Counted from the stretch's first letter, positions 12,250-26,629 are shown. The stretch is DNA of 64,000 bases from Anolis carolinensis (GCF_035594765.1 NC_085845.1:145530897-145594896); one strand, 5' to 3'. Numbers and translations are program-made. The notes: generated by a model from the sequence alone, not told the origin.

Positions 12250-13535
12250 CAGTAGACTCTTAGTTAACCAGTACACATGGGTATTGGTAGATGCTGGATA
12301 GATGTAGGGCCCTTTCAGACAGACCCAAAATGCAGGACCTGTCTCGCTTTTACCGGAGGCGTCCAAATGATGCCTCAGTTAAAAGCAAATCAATGCAGAG
12401 AAAACTGGGTTTTCCCAGTTTAATCCACATTAATTTGACACCTCGATAGATCCAGATCTTAAGCTAAGGTCCAGATCTTTCCAGGTGCTGGGCCTCTGAG
12501 GATTGACTTCTGGGACTGCTTCACAGTCCCAGGGGCCAATTCCCACATCCATCCTAGTTCTTTGGGTTCCTAGAGCCTGAAGGAGTGGGAGGGTGACCAT
12601 CCTATCCCCTCTAGCCCCCCATTTTCCCCTCCTCCTGATGTCATTTCCCCCCTTCCCCCACCTCCTGATGTCATTTTATCTCATCAGCGATATTGTGCAG
12701 AGGGGCCAGCGCTGTTAATAGGCCCCTTACGTAAGTTTTTTTTTTTTTTTGGAGGGGAATCGAGGGCTGGATGCCATTCCGGGTTTACCTTAGGTTGACT
12801 CGGGATGGCATCTAGTAATCCTTTAGGGGAAAGCCTGGGGTTTGAGTTGGAGGTGGGGACTGAAAACTGGGCAGAAGCGAGTTATTTTAACCCACTTCCT
12901 TCCTGGTTTTAGGGAAGTGTTTAAGGGTCCTTAGTTTCTGGTTGCTTGAGAGTTACTATTAATAACAGAGCTAACCAATACCATAAAAGGTAAAAGGTAA
13001 CAGTTTCCCCTGACGTTAAGTCCAGTCGTGACCGACTCTGTGGGTTGGTGCTCATCTCCATTTCTAAGCCAAAGAGCCAGCGTTGTCCATAGACACCTCC
13101 AAGATCATGTGTCCAGCATGACTGCATGGAACGCCATTACCTTCCCGCCGGAGCAGTACCTATTGATCTACTCACATTTGCATGTTTTCAAACTGCTAGG
13201 TTGGCAGGAGCTGGGGTTAACAGTGGGCGTTCATTCCGCTCCTAGGATTTGAACCTAGGACCTTTTGGCACATAAGTTCAGCAGCTCAGCACTTTAACAC
13301 ACTGTGCCACCAGTGGCCCCAACCAATACTATACCCCATACTATACCATAAACTCTGATATTATTGTTGAAATATGGCCATTAAAAGCCAATTAAGACAA
13401 ATAAAGAATCTTAATGTAACACCGTTATTCTATATTATAAAAACAGCTTTGTGAATGAAGTATTATTTCTTCAAATGTTTGGCAGTCACTTGAGAATTCT
13501 CGTTGTTTCAGTTCCAGGTAATTGAGAGTCTACTG
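12250..13535. mobile_element. Tc1/mariner-type MITE containing a nested MITE (~12307-12930) and a Sauria SINE
   Basis: TIR cagtagactct / agagtctactg followed by TA; same family as 44331-45029. Confidence 0.7.
12986..13320 (-). mobile_element. Sauria SINE
   Basis: Full head-to-tail match; TSD aaccaatac(c/t)ata at 12973-12985 and 13321-13333. Confidence 0.93.
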
Positions 13536-14334
13536 TAGTTTGTATAAAATTCATATTGGCCAGGTGCCAGGATATCTTAATTTATCTACATATTCTGTAT
13601 CATGTAACTGTCCTGATTTGGCAGGAACCGTTCCGATTAATCTTCTGTTGCTTATAAATGTTGCAGCTTCTCTCTCCTTTATTCACATTTCCCTTTCATT
13701 GTCACTTTAATTTTAAGCACTGCAAACCGAACTCGATGCACAAAATATTGTGTCCACGGTGATGGGGGAGTGGATCCTTGCCCTTTCTGCCAAAAGTAAA
13801 CTGCTGCAACTTCTCTTATCTTGTGTTTCCTTTGTTGTGTGCAACCTCTGCCCTCTTGATCATACACTGATGTTGCTTGGTCACATATGTACTGTTGAAA
13901 TGTTAGAGGGCATGATTTCTGTGCATTATTAGAGGCTAAGATTTCCATATTTGCCTTTAGTGTTTTAAATTTACAAACTACTTGTCATCAAAAAGCAATA
14001 CTAGGGTTGTATAGGCAGCATAAAGAAATAACACCATATAGTGACAATGATAACATGTCAAATTAAGCAGTGTAAAAATGATTGAAGTAGTAAACAAATA
14101 AATACTTACATACTGTACTTATTCTCATCTTTTACCAGTACCCACATTTATATTCCCTCAGGTGTAGAATTATTCCCCAGCTAGTAAATGGACATACCCA
14201 CATCTCAATGGTAGTAAATAATTTCTTACTCAATTACCAAAAGCAGAAATACACATGTATAACTCTGAGTTATGATTCTGTGTGTCACTAACAGAGTTCT
14301 TAAAGTCTCTAGTTGTTTAATGATGAGATTCAAT

Positions 14335-14495
14335 ACAATGTCCTTAGACAAGAAATACTCAGAGGTGGTTCTGCCAATTCCATTATCTGAAATATAGGCT
14401 TTAGTACCTGGTATTTGTGGATAGCCTCCCTTCCAAGTACTAACCAGGACTGCCCCTGCTTAGCTTCCAATCTCAGATAGGATCTGGTGCCTTAG
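14335..14495 (-). mobile_element. 5S rRNA-derived SINE (SINE3 type), old
   Basis: Revcomp ggaagctaagcaggggcagtcctggttagtacttgga matches the 5S internal promoter region and is followed by a non-5S tail; similar copies at ~17520-17710 (-) and ~48320-48470 (+). Confidence 0.75.
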
Positions 14496-15099
14496 GGTCT
14501 TATACGTTCTCTTTCATACGCATACTCTTTTTAAAATGCATTGTTTTCTTTGGGAATAATAGATTAGTAAACCAAATCTTTCCCAGCTAACAAATGGGTG
14601 ACACTAACACTAGTCTAAATGTGTGGGACGATATCATTTAAGCTGCATCTTTCAATTTAAGAGCATGCCAGAGTACGGTTAGCAAGATAGCTGTTCCTTC
14701 CCTTGCACTAAACACAGTCCTGTCATTACTGAAGAAAATAGCCAGGGCATTTTAATGGTTTGGGACAACCTATAATTTGGTTGAGCCAAAACAAGTTTTT
14801 AAACATATGTTTTCATTTTAAATAAGCAATAGATAAAACCCATGAATGTGTACTAAGCATATGTTAAATGGGTGATATATGTATTAAATCTGGTTCTACC
14901 AACATATGATTTATCTGAAGAGCCGACACATTTATTATCCAGAACACAGATAGCAGCAGTGAGAGCAAAAGCAGCAACAGAATAGGAAGGAGGGAAAGGA
15001 TGAGTAGGAGGAGGAGAGGAAAATATGGAGTACCATAGCAACATATTGTTTTTTAAAATGTTATGACACTCAGAATGGGTATAACTGAAAACAAAACTT

Positions 15100-16080
15100 T
15101 AAAATCACCTACCCAAAATGCTTGTGATTGGAAGTGTTTCAAAAAAAATTCTTGGATTTTAGAATATCTGTATTTTGATATACCGATATGAATACGAGAT
15201 ATCTTGAAGACTAAGTCTAAACACAAAATTTATTTTTGTTTAATAAACACCTTATATTCATGGCCTGAATAATAAGGTGTTTATTAAACAAAAATAAATT
15301 TTGTGTTTAGATTCCTGTGCTTATATTCATGGCCTAGGAGCCCCGGTGGCAAAGTGTGTTAACTGAGCTGCTGAACTTGCAGACTGAAAGGTCCCAAGTT
15401 CAAATCCCAAAGCAAAGTGACGGCCCGCTGTTAACTCCAGCTTCTGCCAACCTAGCAGTTTGAAAACATGCCAATGTGAGTAGATCAATAGGTACCACTC
15501 CAGCAGGAAGGTAACGGCGCTCCATGCAGTCATGCTGGCCACATGACCTTGGAGGTGTCTATGGACAATGCCGGTTCTTTGGCTTAGAAATGGAGATGAG
15601 CACCAACCCCCAGAGTCAGACATGACTGGACTTAACGTCAGGGGAAACCTTTACCTTTACCTTTATTCATGGCCTGACGGCAATTGTATGTATTAAATCA
15701 TTTTTAAAAAATAAGTTTTTATTGTAAACACCAGTAGAATAATAACAAAATCCATCACCATTTTAATATACATACCAAATTATATATTCTTAGTAACATT
15801 ACACTTGCTAATTCCACCTTTATCTCCCACTTATATCTATTGGTTTTTCACCCCCACCCCCTACCCTCTGGGAATGGTACTTTCTTTCATTCAGATATTA
15901 TTTTAATGGATCAATCGTAAATAGAGAATGATTCAATTCTTACATCATTTTGAGTCTTCAACAAAGTTTAATGAAATCATTAGAAAACCAAGGTGTCACT
16001 ATCTCAGCCACCCATGTGTGCAATTTTGGATTTTGGAGTATTTTGGATTTTGGAATTCCGTATTAGGGATGCTCAACCTG
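15100..16080. mobile_element. Old Tigger/pogo-like MITE interrupted by a Sauria SINE
   Basis: 3' TIR ggatgctcaacctg at ~16067-16080; related pieces at ~34000-34150 and ~34930-35027. Confidence 0.55.
15337..15663 (+). mobile_element. Sauria SINE
   Basis: Full length; TSD tattcatggcct on both sides. Confidence 0.93.
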
Positions 16081-17727
16081 CATGAAGTTTTGCAATATTA
16101 TAATAACACTAGCATATATATTCTCTAGTTCTGAGAAGGCATACCTCACAATGTCTCCATGGACACTCTCTGATAACTGTGGGCAGGCTCTCTTTGTGGC
16201 TCTTTCTTTCCTTCTGTTTCCCTCATATACTTTCTCCCTCCCTCCTTCCTTCCTTCCTTTCTTTTTCCCTCATACACCTTCACGCCACCTTATCCCTACC
16301 ACCTCGCAACCTATATAAAAAGATAATTGCCACAAGACTTCTTTCTACTAGAGGACGGATGGTCTTGGAGTCTAAAATGGCCAAAGGCTGCACCTACATT
16401 GGCCCCGATCTCTGACTGGTCTAGGGATTTAAACTTAAAGATTTTGAGTTCTTAAACTATTATAGTAGCTCATCCTTTTGGTCCCAAATCCAGGCTGAGT
16501 AGAATTACTCAGTAGAATTTTACACCACGTAATTATAGTCCTATTAATTATGGATTAAAGGCCATGGTTGCATACTGTATAATCCTGGGGTTTGAAGTTG
16601 GTGAGGTACTAGAACTTTCTGACTGAGAATTGTAGGTATACTCCCTAAACTGCAAATCACAATACTTCATAGGATGGAAACCAACACGTTTAACTCCCTC
16701 ACAGAGGTTTTTGTGTTCTTGGCTAATCTGGGATTTAACATGCCCTTTCTATTTCTTTTAGTTGGGTTAATCTCAGAGTTTGCAACAACATTTAAGTAAC
16801 TTTAAGAGATTTAAAGCAGCTTTCTTCAAAGGTATCATTGGTAAAATCATAATCAAGACGGTATTTGAAGCTATACCTCAAAAGAAGGTAATCATTCCAG
16901 TGGTTCTGCTGAGAAATTGTTTTAGCCTACACCATTTTTCATACCGAGAAATGTTACTCTGCTTGACTGTGTTTGTTTTTGTTTTATTCACCTTCAGAAA
17001 GGGGTGTGTGTGTAATATAATCCCATATGTGTGCAGAGTTGGAGTTTAAAATGTCACTTGCACCCATGCAAGATGGATGGTAAAAACTGAATGAAATGCG
17101 TTGCTTTTTTTAACTTGAGAGCTGCTGCTTCATATTGTATGTAGAATGTTTCCTTTTTTGCCTTCTCTTCTCTTGGAATGTTCTCTTATGATGGGACTAA
17201 TGATCTTTTCACACGGGGCTAAATTAGTCCCAGTCACCCACTGAGCCGGCCAGCTTCCATCATATGACACCGGCACAGCTCTGTAGGTGAAGGAGGATGG
17301 AGATGGCACATCTACCAGGGCAACACACAACGGCTCCTATGTTGTCGTTTTGTGTCCCATGGGGGGAAGCCGCATGCACCACGTGTGCTCACGCTTCCCT
17401 CATCTGATCATCCTCAACTGGAGCCAAATGATGTGGAGTGTGGGGCGCTGGCTTCCCTGCACTCCTCTACAAAGTGGAGCATCTGATGAGGTCGTAACTT
17501 AGTTCCTGACTTGGGTTTATGTATATGCCTTATAGTCACCCATTGACTTACAGTGAACAATAAATTTCATAGGGTTTTCTTAGGCAAGGAAAACACAAAT
17601 GTGGTTTTTCCAGTGCCTTCTTCTGAAATATGGCCAACAGCAGCTAATATTCATTAGTAGTCTCTCATTCAAGTACTAATCAGAGATTACTCTGATTAGC
17701 TTCTTAGACCTATTGAACAGGTATATA

Positions 17728-18651
17728 CTGTATATACTCGAGTATAAGCCTAGTTTTTCAGCCCTTTTTTAAGACTGAAAAAGCCCCCCTCGGCTTATAC
17801 TCAGGTAAGGGTCCTGGTTGGCTTATATTTGGGTCAGCTTATACTCAAGAATATATGGTACATTTATTATTTTTCTCTATTATTGTTGCTACTATTACAT
17901 TTATTTTACTCTATTTTTATTATTATTAATACATTTATTATTTCACTCTGATCTTATTATTATTGTTACATTTATTATTTTACTCTATTTATTATTACAT
18001 GTATTATTTTCCTGTATTTATTATTATTATTACATGTATTATTTTACTCTATTATTATTAAAAGGATACATGGAGCCTCCGGTGGCTCAGTGTGTTAAAG
18101 TGCTGAGCTGCTGAACTTGCGAACCAAAAGGTCCCAGGTTCAAATGCGGGGAGCGGAGTGAGCGCCCGCTGTCAGCTCCAGCTTCTGCCAACCTAGCAGT
18201 TTGAAAACATGCCAATGTGAGTAGATCAATAGGTACCGCTCTGGCAGGAAGGTAATGGCGTTCCATGCAGTCATGCCAGCCACATGACCTTGGAGGTGTC
18301 TATGGACAACGCCGGCTCTTCGGCTTAGAAATGGAGATGAGCACCAAGCCCCAGAGTCGGACACGATTGGACTTAACGTCAGGAGAAATCTTTACTTTTA
18401 CCTTGAAGAAGATGAGAATAACGATTTAATCAGAGTTGGACAGTCTTATCTTAAATTTGAGCTTTATGTAAATATTCAAAAACATTTAACCTACTGATGC
18501 CTCTATTAATGTAATTTTATTGGTATCTATTTTTATTTCTGAAATTTACCACTCTTGGCTTATACTTGAGTCAATGTTTTCCCAGTTTTTTTGTGGTAAA
18601 ATTAGGTGCCTCAGCTTATATTCAAGTCGGCTTATACTCGAGTATATATGG
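17728..18651. mobile_element. Tc2/pogo-like MITE
   Basis: TIR tatatactcgagtataagcc / ggcttatactcgagtatata; internal ggcttatactc repeats. Confidence 0.85.
18072..18404 (+). mobile_element. Sauria SINE nested in the MITE
   Basis: Full head-to-tail match to the other copies. Confidence 0.93.
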
Positions 18652-19214
18652 GGAAGTTACTCATAACAATGGTAAACATGACTGAAGCCGAGATCTGTAT
18701 AATGCTGGCAGACCATAAAATTCTACCAGTCGACTAACTCAGAACTCTGGTTGCTGGAGAGACAGGATGGAGGTAGCCATCCTGGCTTTCATAGCACAAC
18801 CATGGAGCCAATAGGTAACTATTTCTATGACAGCTACAGAGCTGTCCCCAAACACTGTCTGCCAGCTATTGTACTGCTGATCTAACATCTTCTAAAGGGA
18901 GATACCTGATAACTCTTCACACAATGTTGTTAAAAGTAGATGTAACAGAGCAGCCCCCAATTATGGTACCAGGAAGATTTCAGCTGCAGTATTCATCCAT
19001 CCCTAAGTTTCTTCTGTTTCTTATTTGAGATTGTTAACAAGCCAATAAAGCCCAGTCAGGCTGTTATTTTATGTAATGACAAAAGAACAAATTATCTTAC
19101 TCTCAGTTATAAAGAAAGAGCTGATCTAGACAGATGGTTCCAAACTTGGGGATGTTATTGCTCTTCAGATCCTAGAATTCTTGACCATGGATTAAGGCAT
19201 GGCAGCTTCTAGGA

Positions 19215-19348
19215 CAGTGGTTCTCAACCTGTGGGTCTCCAGATGTTTTGGTTTTCAACTCCCAGAAATCATAACAGCTGGTAAGCTGGCCAGGATTTCT
19301 GGGAGTTGTAGGCCAAAATACCTGGGTCCCACAGATTGAGAACCACGG
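19215..19348. mobile_element. hAT (Charlie-like) MITE
   Basis: Perfect 8-bp TSD ttctagga at 19207-19214 and 19349-19356. Confidence 0.9.
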
Positions 19349-21514
19349 TTCTAGGACTCGACATCTAAGTTGGGAACTGCTCTGGCAGGCTTAAGCCAAA
19401 TCTCTCTCTCTCACTCACTCTCTCTCTCACACATACACTTTCTCCAAGATGATGAAGGTGCAAACATGCCTCTTTCTCGTATTTCTCCCCTCACAATGAC
19501 TCTGGGGTATAAGATAAGCCAAGGCATAGTGTCCAAATTTTTGTTACAGATATGTATGTGCTTTTATGGGCGCTGCTGGGATTGGTACTTTCTCCCTCAT
19601 CCTAGTTATTGCAAAACCATTGAAACAATCCTAGATGGCAATTTCTAGCTTCACACCAAGAAATCAGAATCAAAGAATGGTGACATCAATGCTGAGATCC
19701 TTCAGGGTTTCCTGGACATTTCAGTGCTGATGTGATCATTTCATCTTTGGTTATGTTGATGTAGCTTTTCTTCATCTGCCTAATTCCTGTGGATGGCTAG
19801 GCTAAGGTGGCTTCAAGGACTTCACAGTAATTCAGGGGGACAGTATACATCACAGTGAGGGGTATGTGGGATTGAGGGTAATGACTAGTTCTAGGTCATC
19901 CAATGAAGTTTGTGCCTGAGTGGGGATTTGAAGACAGATCACCTCAGTCCTTATCTGACTCTATACCTACTATTCCACACAGGCTCCCTCATCAATTTAT
20001 TTGCTGGAGTGGATCAACATAATTGCTGTTCAGGGGAAGATGGTTGCAAATCTAAGAACATTGCTGTTGGCTGATGTCAGACTGAAGTTTTCCTTAGCCT
20101 GAAGAAATAATACCAAATAGTTTGAGCAAATGATATCAAAGAGATATGATAGTTTTGCATTTTGTTTAACATTGTAATTGAGTAACAAGGGAGGACAGCC
20201 CTGTAGCAAGCAAGAACACAATTTCAAAGAAACATCTGCTCTGTCATGAATGTCCTAAAGATAACCATTCACAGTTTAAATACATACTTGGCAAATGAGT
20301 GATACATTGACAAAAATTAGGACAGTTGCACGCCAGCTCTTACTGTTATGCAACATGGCCACTGGATATTTTTAATCGTTAGGCCCTAATATTATATTAA
20401 TTGGAATGTAACATATATCTTCATCTTTGTTGCCAAGGAGTTCTTTTCATTAACTTGGATTACCCATTAGAATATTAAGGAAGGTATCTTTACAGCCTTC
20501 TTGGCATTTCTCTTTGGCCCATATAATTAAAAGTGAAATAATATCGCATACATCTTTTCCCTTCTGGATTTTGTGCAGAGCTGAACTACAAATTGCTTTA
20601 GGAGGCCTTGAGGTCCACGAACTTGTGAGTTATATCAATATAAAAATATATAGCCTAAAGCTTGCAAAATCTGGCTTAAATGCCTATTCATAGGATTTGA
20701 AGAAAACATATCTTTGATGATAAATTCCAAAAGCTGGATCCTGAGATGTTAAATGGGCTGAAATTCATGAGTGGAACATTTTCCTCTTTCATTGCCACAA
20801 CAGCCCCTTGGATATCCCAGAAGGTATCCAAGGAGCTGTTGGGGCAATGAGGAAGAAAGAGGAAAATGTTCCACCCATTTTCTCTTTTATCTATGTAACC
20901 AACCTAATAATTTAGTGATGTCCATTCTTGGGGAGAGGTGGGTAAGAAATAAACTATTTTCTCCCCCTCATCATCCTTTTTCTTTGGAGGAGTTATGCAG
21001 TGAGTCCTCCCGTGAAATGAGAGCAAAGGACAAAACTTCAGCAAGTACTGGAAAACAATTGGATGCAAATTGGCATATTCAAATGTTTTCTGAGTGGACT
21101 AGGGGATTGCTTTGTTTCATTTTAGGCATAACACTGGGGACACTTTTGTTATGTTATTGGCCTTGGTTGTGTTGCATTCATCCTATCCTTTGCCAATGAA
21201 TGGTAAGAATGTATTGCAATGTGTTTATGTAATACGGGCAACATGATCAATACATTTCAGTATGTACTGGTGCATTTTGTAGTGATGGACTACAGGGGAA
21301 TATCCCAATTTCAGAAAGATTAGGTTCTAATAAACTTCTAAATATAGAAGCTAAGAAAAAATGTACACCACAAGAGGGGACTGGACTCTTCTGTAAGTCA
21401 AGAATCATATAGAAAGGTGTGTCATTACTGAATTATGATTTAGTAATAATGTATGAAGTATCTCGAGAGACAGATCTGTCAGATCAAAAACCTGGAAACC
21501 AAGCAGCTTAGCTG

Positions 21515-21752
21515 ACTATGTTTAGCCTGGAGAAGAGACTGTTAAGAGGAGACAGGATAGCAATGTTTAAATATTTGAAAGAATGTCATATTGAAGATGG
21601 AGCAGGCATAGTTTTGGTTGCTCTAAATACTATGATATAGAGCAGTAGATTCAAATTGAAGGAAAGGAGATTCCACCAGAATATTAGGAAGAAGTTCTTG
21701 ATGTTAAAATAGCCCTAGAGTTTCTTCCAACTCCATGACTCTATGAGTCTAT
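21515..21752 (+). mobile_element. Old CR1 3' fragment
   Basis: tttagcctggagaagaga...tttaaatatttgaaag (FSLEKR..FKYLK motif) and a degenerate cttccaactc...actctatga tail. Confidence 0.75.
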
Positions 21753-22376
21753 AAATATACCTATGTCTGTCACCGGTAACATAAAATATTAGCATATCAT
21801 AGTCAAAAGACATGCAGAATTTAGTTTCATGTGAATATTCAAGAGTAAATTCTGTTTATTTCAATTTGATTTATTTCTGAATAGGCAAAAATAGGACTGC
21901 ACACAATTTCACAATTGGTGAAATAAAATCCTTTTTACAACTACTGATAATTGTAGTCTGAATGTCTCTGCTGTATATAGTTGACATTCTTTTCCATTTA
22001 GGATAGGGTGGCCAAATGCCACAGAAAAGGCCGTTGTACCTTTAATACTTGTGTAGAAGAAGGGATTCCTGCTGGTTCAGCTGAAATTAGGTCACTCTAC
22101 TTAGCACTAGTTTCCAGAGTTGGTTTTCAGATTAAAACTGGGCCACTGAAATAAGTAAGATATCCAAAATTTCAAAACTTTGTTGGATCTACATTAGGAC
22201 TTTAATTATGCCCAGAGGTCTGAATCTTACTCCCAATACTTTATAGCTGTAAAACGCATTCTCTAACTCAAGCTCAGCATTATTTATTTAATTTTTATCC
22301 CACCGTCTTCCCAAGGTGGTTCAGAATATAAATTAAAACAAAATATAATGCAAATTTTTTTTAAAAAAATACACAA

Positions 22377-22960
22377 TGGGTTTACGTAAGAGCCTAGTTT
22401 CCCCCCGTTTCTTCCAGATATAAGCCGATTTATTCCTGGGAACACTTCTCTCCAAGGGCTTTCATTAACATATAATTATATATTAACCTATAACATACAT
22501 TATAAGACCACCACCCTATGTATCCTTTTGACTCTCTGGACTGGCACCCATTGTATTCAACGGAGCTGAGGTATTTCGGCCCATTGGGTGGGTCAATAAA
22601 TGTACACCCTCTTCAAATAATCCAGTGACAGTTTATTAAAGTTTCCCACCATGACAGAGATATTGGATGAAGCCCTGGACCAACCAGGGAGTAGATTCTA
22701 ACCTATTCCTGTTTTGAACCAATCAAGAACTGGCATGAGAGTCTTGAATAGCTTTCGAAATGTAGTAAATAGGTTCTGTATTCACAATTGTGGTATGTCA
22801 GTTCTTTAGAGTGCTGCCTCCACTGACATCCTCTCTAGCCACTGAAAATAAAGTTGCTGATTTTGTCTTCAATCCATATGTGTCTCATTTGATCCTTTGG
22901 AAGCCAGGCACTCCAGGCACTGAACCTGCGATTTAGAGGAGCTGAAATCACAGAACTCCA
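22377..22960 (+). mobile_element. Putative solo LTR (ERV-like)
   Basis: TG...CA termini (tgggttt / aactcca), short caa flank repeat, CCAAT at ~22720, AATAAA at ~22848. Confidence 0.5.
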
Positions 22961-23711
22961 CAATTAAAATAACTTTCTTCACCTGCCAGGATAAAGAGAG
23001 AGCCAACTTAGCCTTTCACGATCTCAAAGCAGCCACCAAGAAGGTTCTCTCCTACACTTCACACAAATATGCTGATGATGGTGGTGGAACTATGAGAAGA
23101 CCCCTATCTGAGGATCTTGAAACTCTGGAAGGCTTGTATTGGGAGATACAGTGTTTCAGGCTGTCCGAAACTCAATTGTCTAGGAAGATGGTTCCTATGG
23201 GCATCACCTAGATCCAGCTCAAGATATTTTGCTTTCAGCAAATAGCACTTTCCTCAAAATTCCTCAGGATGCCTAGTAGCCAAGGTTAGCCATGTTATTT
23301 TGGTTCAAGTGCAAAAAATCCTATGAGTCCTGTAGGCATTGCTGCAGTAAAAATACAACAGTAACAAAGCAATATGGCAATATGGCAAGAATTTGCTCTG
23401 TTTTTATAAAACCTGGAATTTGCTACTTGAGGTAGTTGCCTTATGGTAGGGCCAGTCTTGTTTTGACTAATCTGCTTTTTAAAGCTTCAGTTTTGTATAT
23501 ATAAGACCAAAAGATATATAAGACCAAAATATATAAGACCAAAAGAGGGAATGGCAAGTCATTAAATATACTCTGGCTCTACATTGCATGCAGGACCCTG
23601 GTACTATGTACCACAATATGGCACCCTTGTTCTCTAACCATAGAGGTCACCAAAAGTGTACATTCCCCAACATCACTGTTCATCACAATGGTCCAGACGC
23701 TTATTTTCTAA

Positions 23712-23931
23712 GGGTGCATCTGCATAGTAAAATTAATGCAGTTTAACACCACTTTCACTGCCATGGATCAATGTTTTGAAATCCTGGAAGTTGTACTTTG
23801 ATGAGGGCCTCAGCACTCTTTGGCAGAGAATGTAAAAGAACTTGTAAAATTACAGCTCCCATGATTCCATAGCATTGAGCAATGGCAGTTTATGTGGTGT
23901 CAAACTGCATTAATTCTACTGTGGAGATGCA
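23712..23931. mobile_element. Harbinger-like palindromic MITE
   Basis: tgcatct..aattaatgcagttt / aaactgcattaatt..agatgca inverted ends. Confidence 0.75.
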
Positions 23932-25757
23932 ATGTTAGTTGTGATCTATCTATCTATCTCAGGTTACAACTAACTGAGAAAACTCTTTTTATGCTCCAGA
24001 CATGGAACTATAATTTCGAAGTAAATATACAGTTTTAAAGAAATGTCCCTGCTAGTATACATAAGCCATATATATATATATAGTGGATCTGGCCACATAC
24101 TGTTATGCATTTCAAGGTGATGAATTTTAGATTCCATATTTGTTTGTTCCTCTTCTATTGACAATTTATTTTTAGATTAGTTTAGCCATTAAAGCAGCCT
24201 TCCTTACTTCACCGTTGCATTTCTTAATTTTAAAACTTTCTCCTGAAAATGGGAAGTTGCTTCTTTTCCTTTAAAAATAAACAACAAAAAAATTATGACC
24301 CCCCCCCCAAGCTCTTTGTTTAAAACGCATACCATGTGACCTCATTTCTCGCAATAGAGGAAGCCAAATAAATGTGAAAAATTGAATGGATCCAACCTGT
24401 CAATATTTTAAACCCATCCTTTTAAAAAACGTATCTGCTGATTTTAACTAATTTACATACAGCCAGAGGGTAAATTGAAGAGAAAAGTCACATTCTTCCC
24501 AAGTTGAGCTCACAACATCAGTCTTGCCAAATAAATGAAGCCAAAGACCTAAACTTCCATGATACATTCCAAATTTAAGACACAATTAGGATGCATGGAG
24601 GCCTTGGGTTAGTTTGTCACCCTGACAAGTAACAATGGAAACTGTCAATTATCTGCTGCCAAATAGTCATGAAAATACACTTTTCCACTGTAACCCATTT
24701 TAAAAACACATTTCAGCTCTCTTCTAGTGGAGTAACTCTTTCTGTTACTGCTCTGGTAATAGTCTAGTTATTTCAGTATGCAGTTATACAGACAAAGGTG
24801 GAAGGGAAAACAAACGGATTATGGAGATGTGGATTTATGTAGGAGTTAGGATTAATTTTCTATGTATTTATAGGATAATTTCAATATACTTATATATTCC
24901 AGTCATCCTTCCATATTTATGGTTTGATTATTGTAGTTTTGTGTATTTCACAGATTTGGTTAAAAATTTATCTCTAAGAATGTCTAGTTCTTCCAGTGTG
25001 ACTCTATGGTCAACTTCCTTTAGTCAAGCTGGAAGATCTAGAGGTTTCTAGGGAGAACACTTCTCCAGGAATTTCTACAACCCAAAGGATAATTCTGTAG
25101 TCAGCTTCCAACAGAAGTCAACAATATAGTCTAGCTTGAAGACCCAATAATTCCTAAATATGTGCTCTCTCATGTAATGCTTTTTAGCAATTTCTTTATT
25201 TGAGGGTTTTTATGGGGATCCTGTGTATATGACAAAGTATGCAGCAAGTTCATTGCAACCCACTGCTACATCATCTTAATGCTTCTAGAAGCGGGTTGCT
25301 GGAATTGCTGCCCAGTTAGTCAAGGGTAAGGGTGTATGTATACCATCCACAAGATCTGGTGAATCTTCTGATTCAGCAGTTCATAAAACAGACTTGTTTA
25401 ACTTCGATCAGGTAAGATAACTCAGGGACCAAATTCAAAGTGGGATTCAGAAATCTAAAAATTCAGTCGTCAAATCAGCTGTAAATCGTGAAATGGCAAT
25501 AATTTTTTGACTGTTTGGCAGTGTGGGATGAAATTTGTGGGAGCAGTTAAATCACTAAGAAGGGATGAAGCCTGCCAAATGGTGTTTAATTGCAATCAGC
25601 ATCTCGCAGTATTCTCTATGAACAACAATCTGGAGAGTTGCATGATTCACTCCTTGTGCTTTGCCCAGAATGATATTCTGTTTACTATAATAAACTAAAA
25701 GTAATTTTATATCCACAGTAGTAAAAATTGTTGTTTTTGTGAAATCATCCACTAAGG

Positions 25758-25894
25758 CAGTGGTTCTCTCAACCCATGGGTCCCCAGGTGTTTTGACCTA
25801 CAACTCCCAGAAATCCCAGCCAGTTTATCACTGTTAGGATTTCTGGGAATTGAAAGCCAAAACCTCTGGAGAACCCACAGGTTGAGAACTACTG
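25758..25894. mobile_element. hAT (Charlie-like) MITE
   Basis: TSD ca(c/t)taagg at 25750-25757 and 25895-25902. Confidence 0.88.
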
Positions 25895-26284
25895 CATTAA
25901 GGGCTTGCCTACATAAATAAAAAAGCAGACTTGTTTCAAATTCAATGTTGGTAGTCTTCACAATGGATGGCAACTTCAAATGAATAGCTTGGCTTCTCTG
26001 CACTTAATCTAACTTTGATCTGGTTTAAGCAAAGATAGGGGATATACTAGTGTTTGTAGGAAATATTGGAGTATCCTAGAACTTTGAGGCTCTCTGGACA
26101 GCTTGATTGAGTCCATTTCAGCCTAATCTATTGTCCATACAGACACTTCCACCATCACCCTTTCCCTGCACTCATTAGCACAAGGCAAGGGATAGATCAT
26201 CCCCATGTTGCTCTACTCTCCCCTGACAAGTGACAGCCAGATGCTCAGGTGGCTCCATGGCCATGAAGAAATGGTGGAGGTGAC

Positions 26285-26575
26285 TTACTTATTTAGGCGA
26301 TCGCTCGTTGTCCAAGTATGATGGCCTTCCAAGTGTAGAGTCTTGGTGGCGAGTACGTAGGTGACTGTGGAGTCCGATTCTTGACCCGCATATTCTTCCA
26401 CAGTGAAGGCATCGGATTCCAGAACGCAGTCCTTGTCAAGGTTGGCTTGATGCATCTTCCTCTTGGCACATTTCTCCCTTTCGCCCTCCATTTGTGCCTC
26501 TTCAAATTCCACTGCACTGCTGGTCACAGCTGATCTCCAGTTAGAATGATCAAGGGCCAGGGCTTCCCAGTCCTC
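26285..26575 (-). mobile_element. RTE-clade LINE 3' fragment
   Basis: Minus strand shows an EDWEALALD..W-type segment and a degenerate C..C...RIGLHSH zinc-knuckle region. Confidence 0.7.
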
Positions 26576-26629
26576 AACCAGCCGGTCACCCCTTTCCGCA
26601 GCTGCGCATCATCGCCAAAACGTTGCATT

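Noticed and set aside
12921-13252. Recurrent ORFs such as MSDSGGWCSSPFLS... (also at 15.3, 18.1, 32.6 and 57.2 kb)
   Set aside because: Antisense translations of Sauria SINE copies, not a gene family.
14396-14492. Possible 5S rRNA gene
   Set aside because: Diverged and fused to a SINE tail.
17480-17500. CTGATGA motifs outside pLTRs (also ~23072, ~39785, ~48131)
   Set aside because: No helix II + GAAA + UH arrangement; 17484 belongs to a MITE TIR.
20771-21199. 142-aa ORF with a hydrophobic C-terminus
   Set aside because: Non-ATG start, no recognisable homology or splice context, overlaps degenerate repeat-like sequence.
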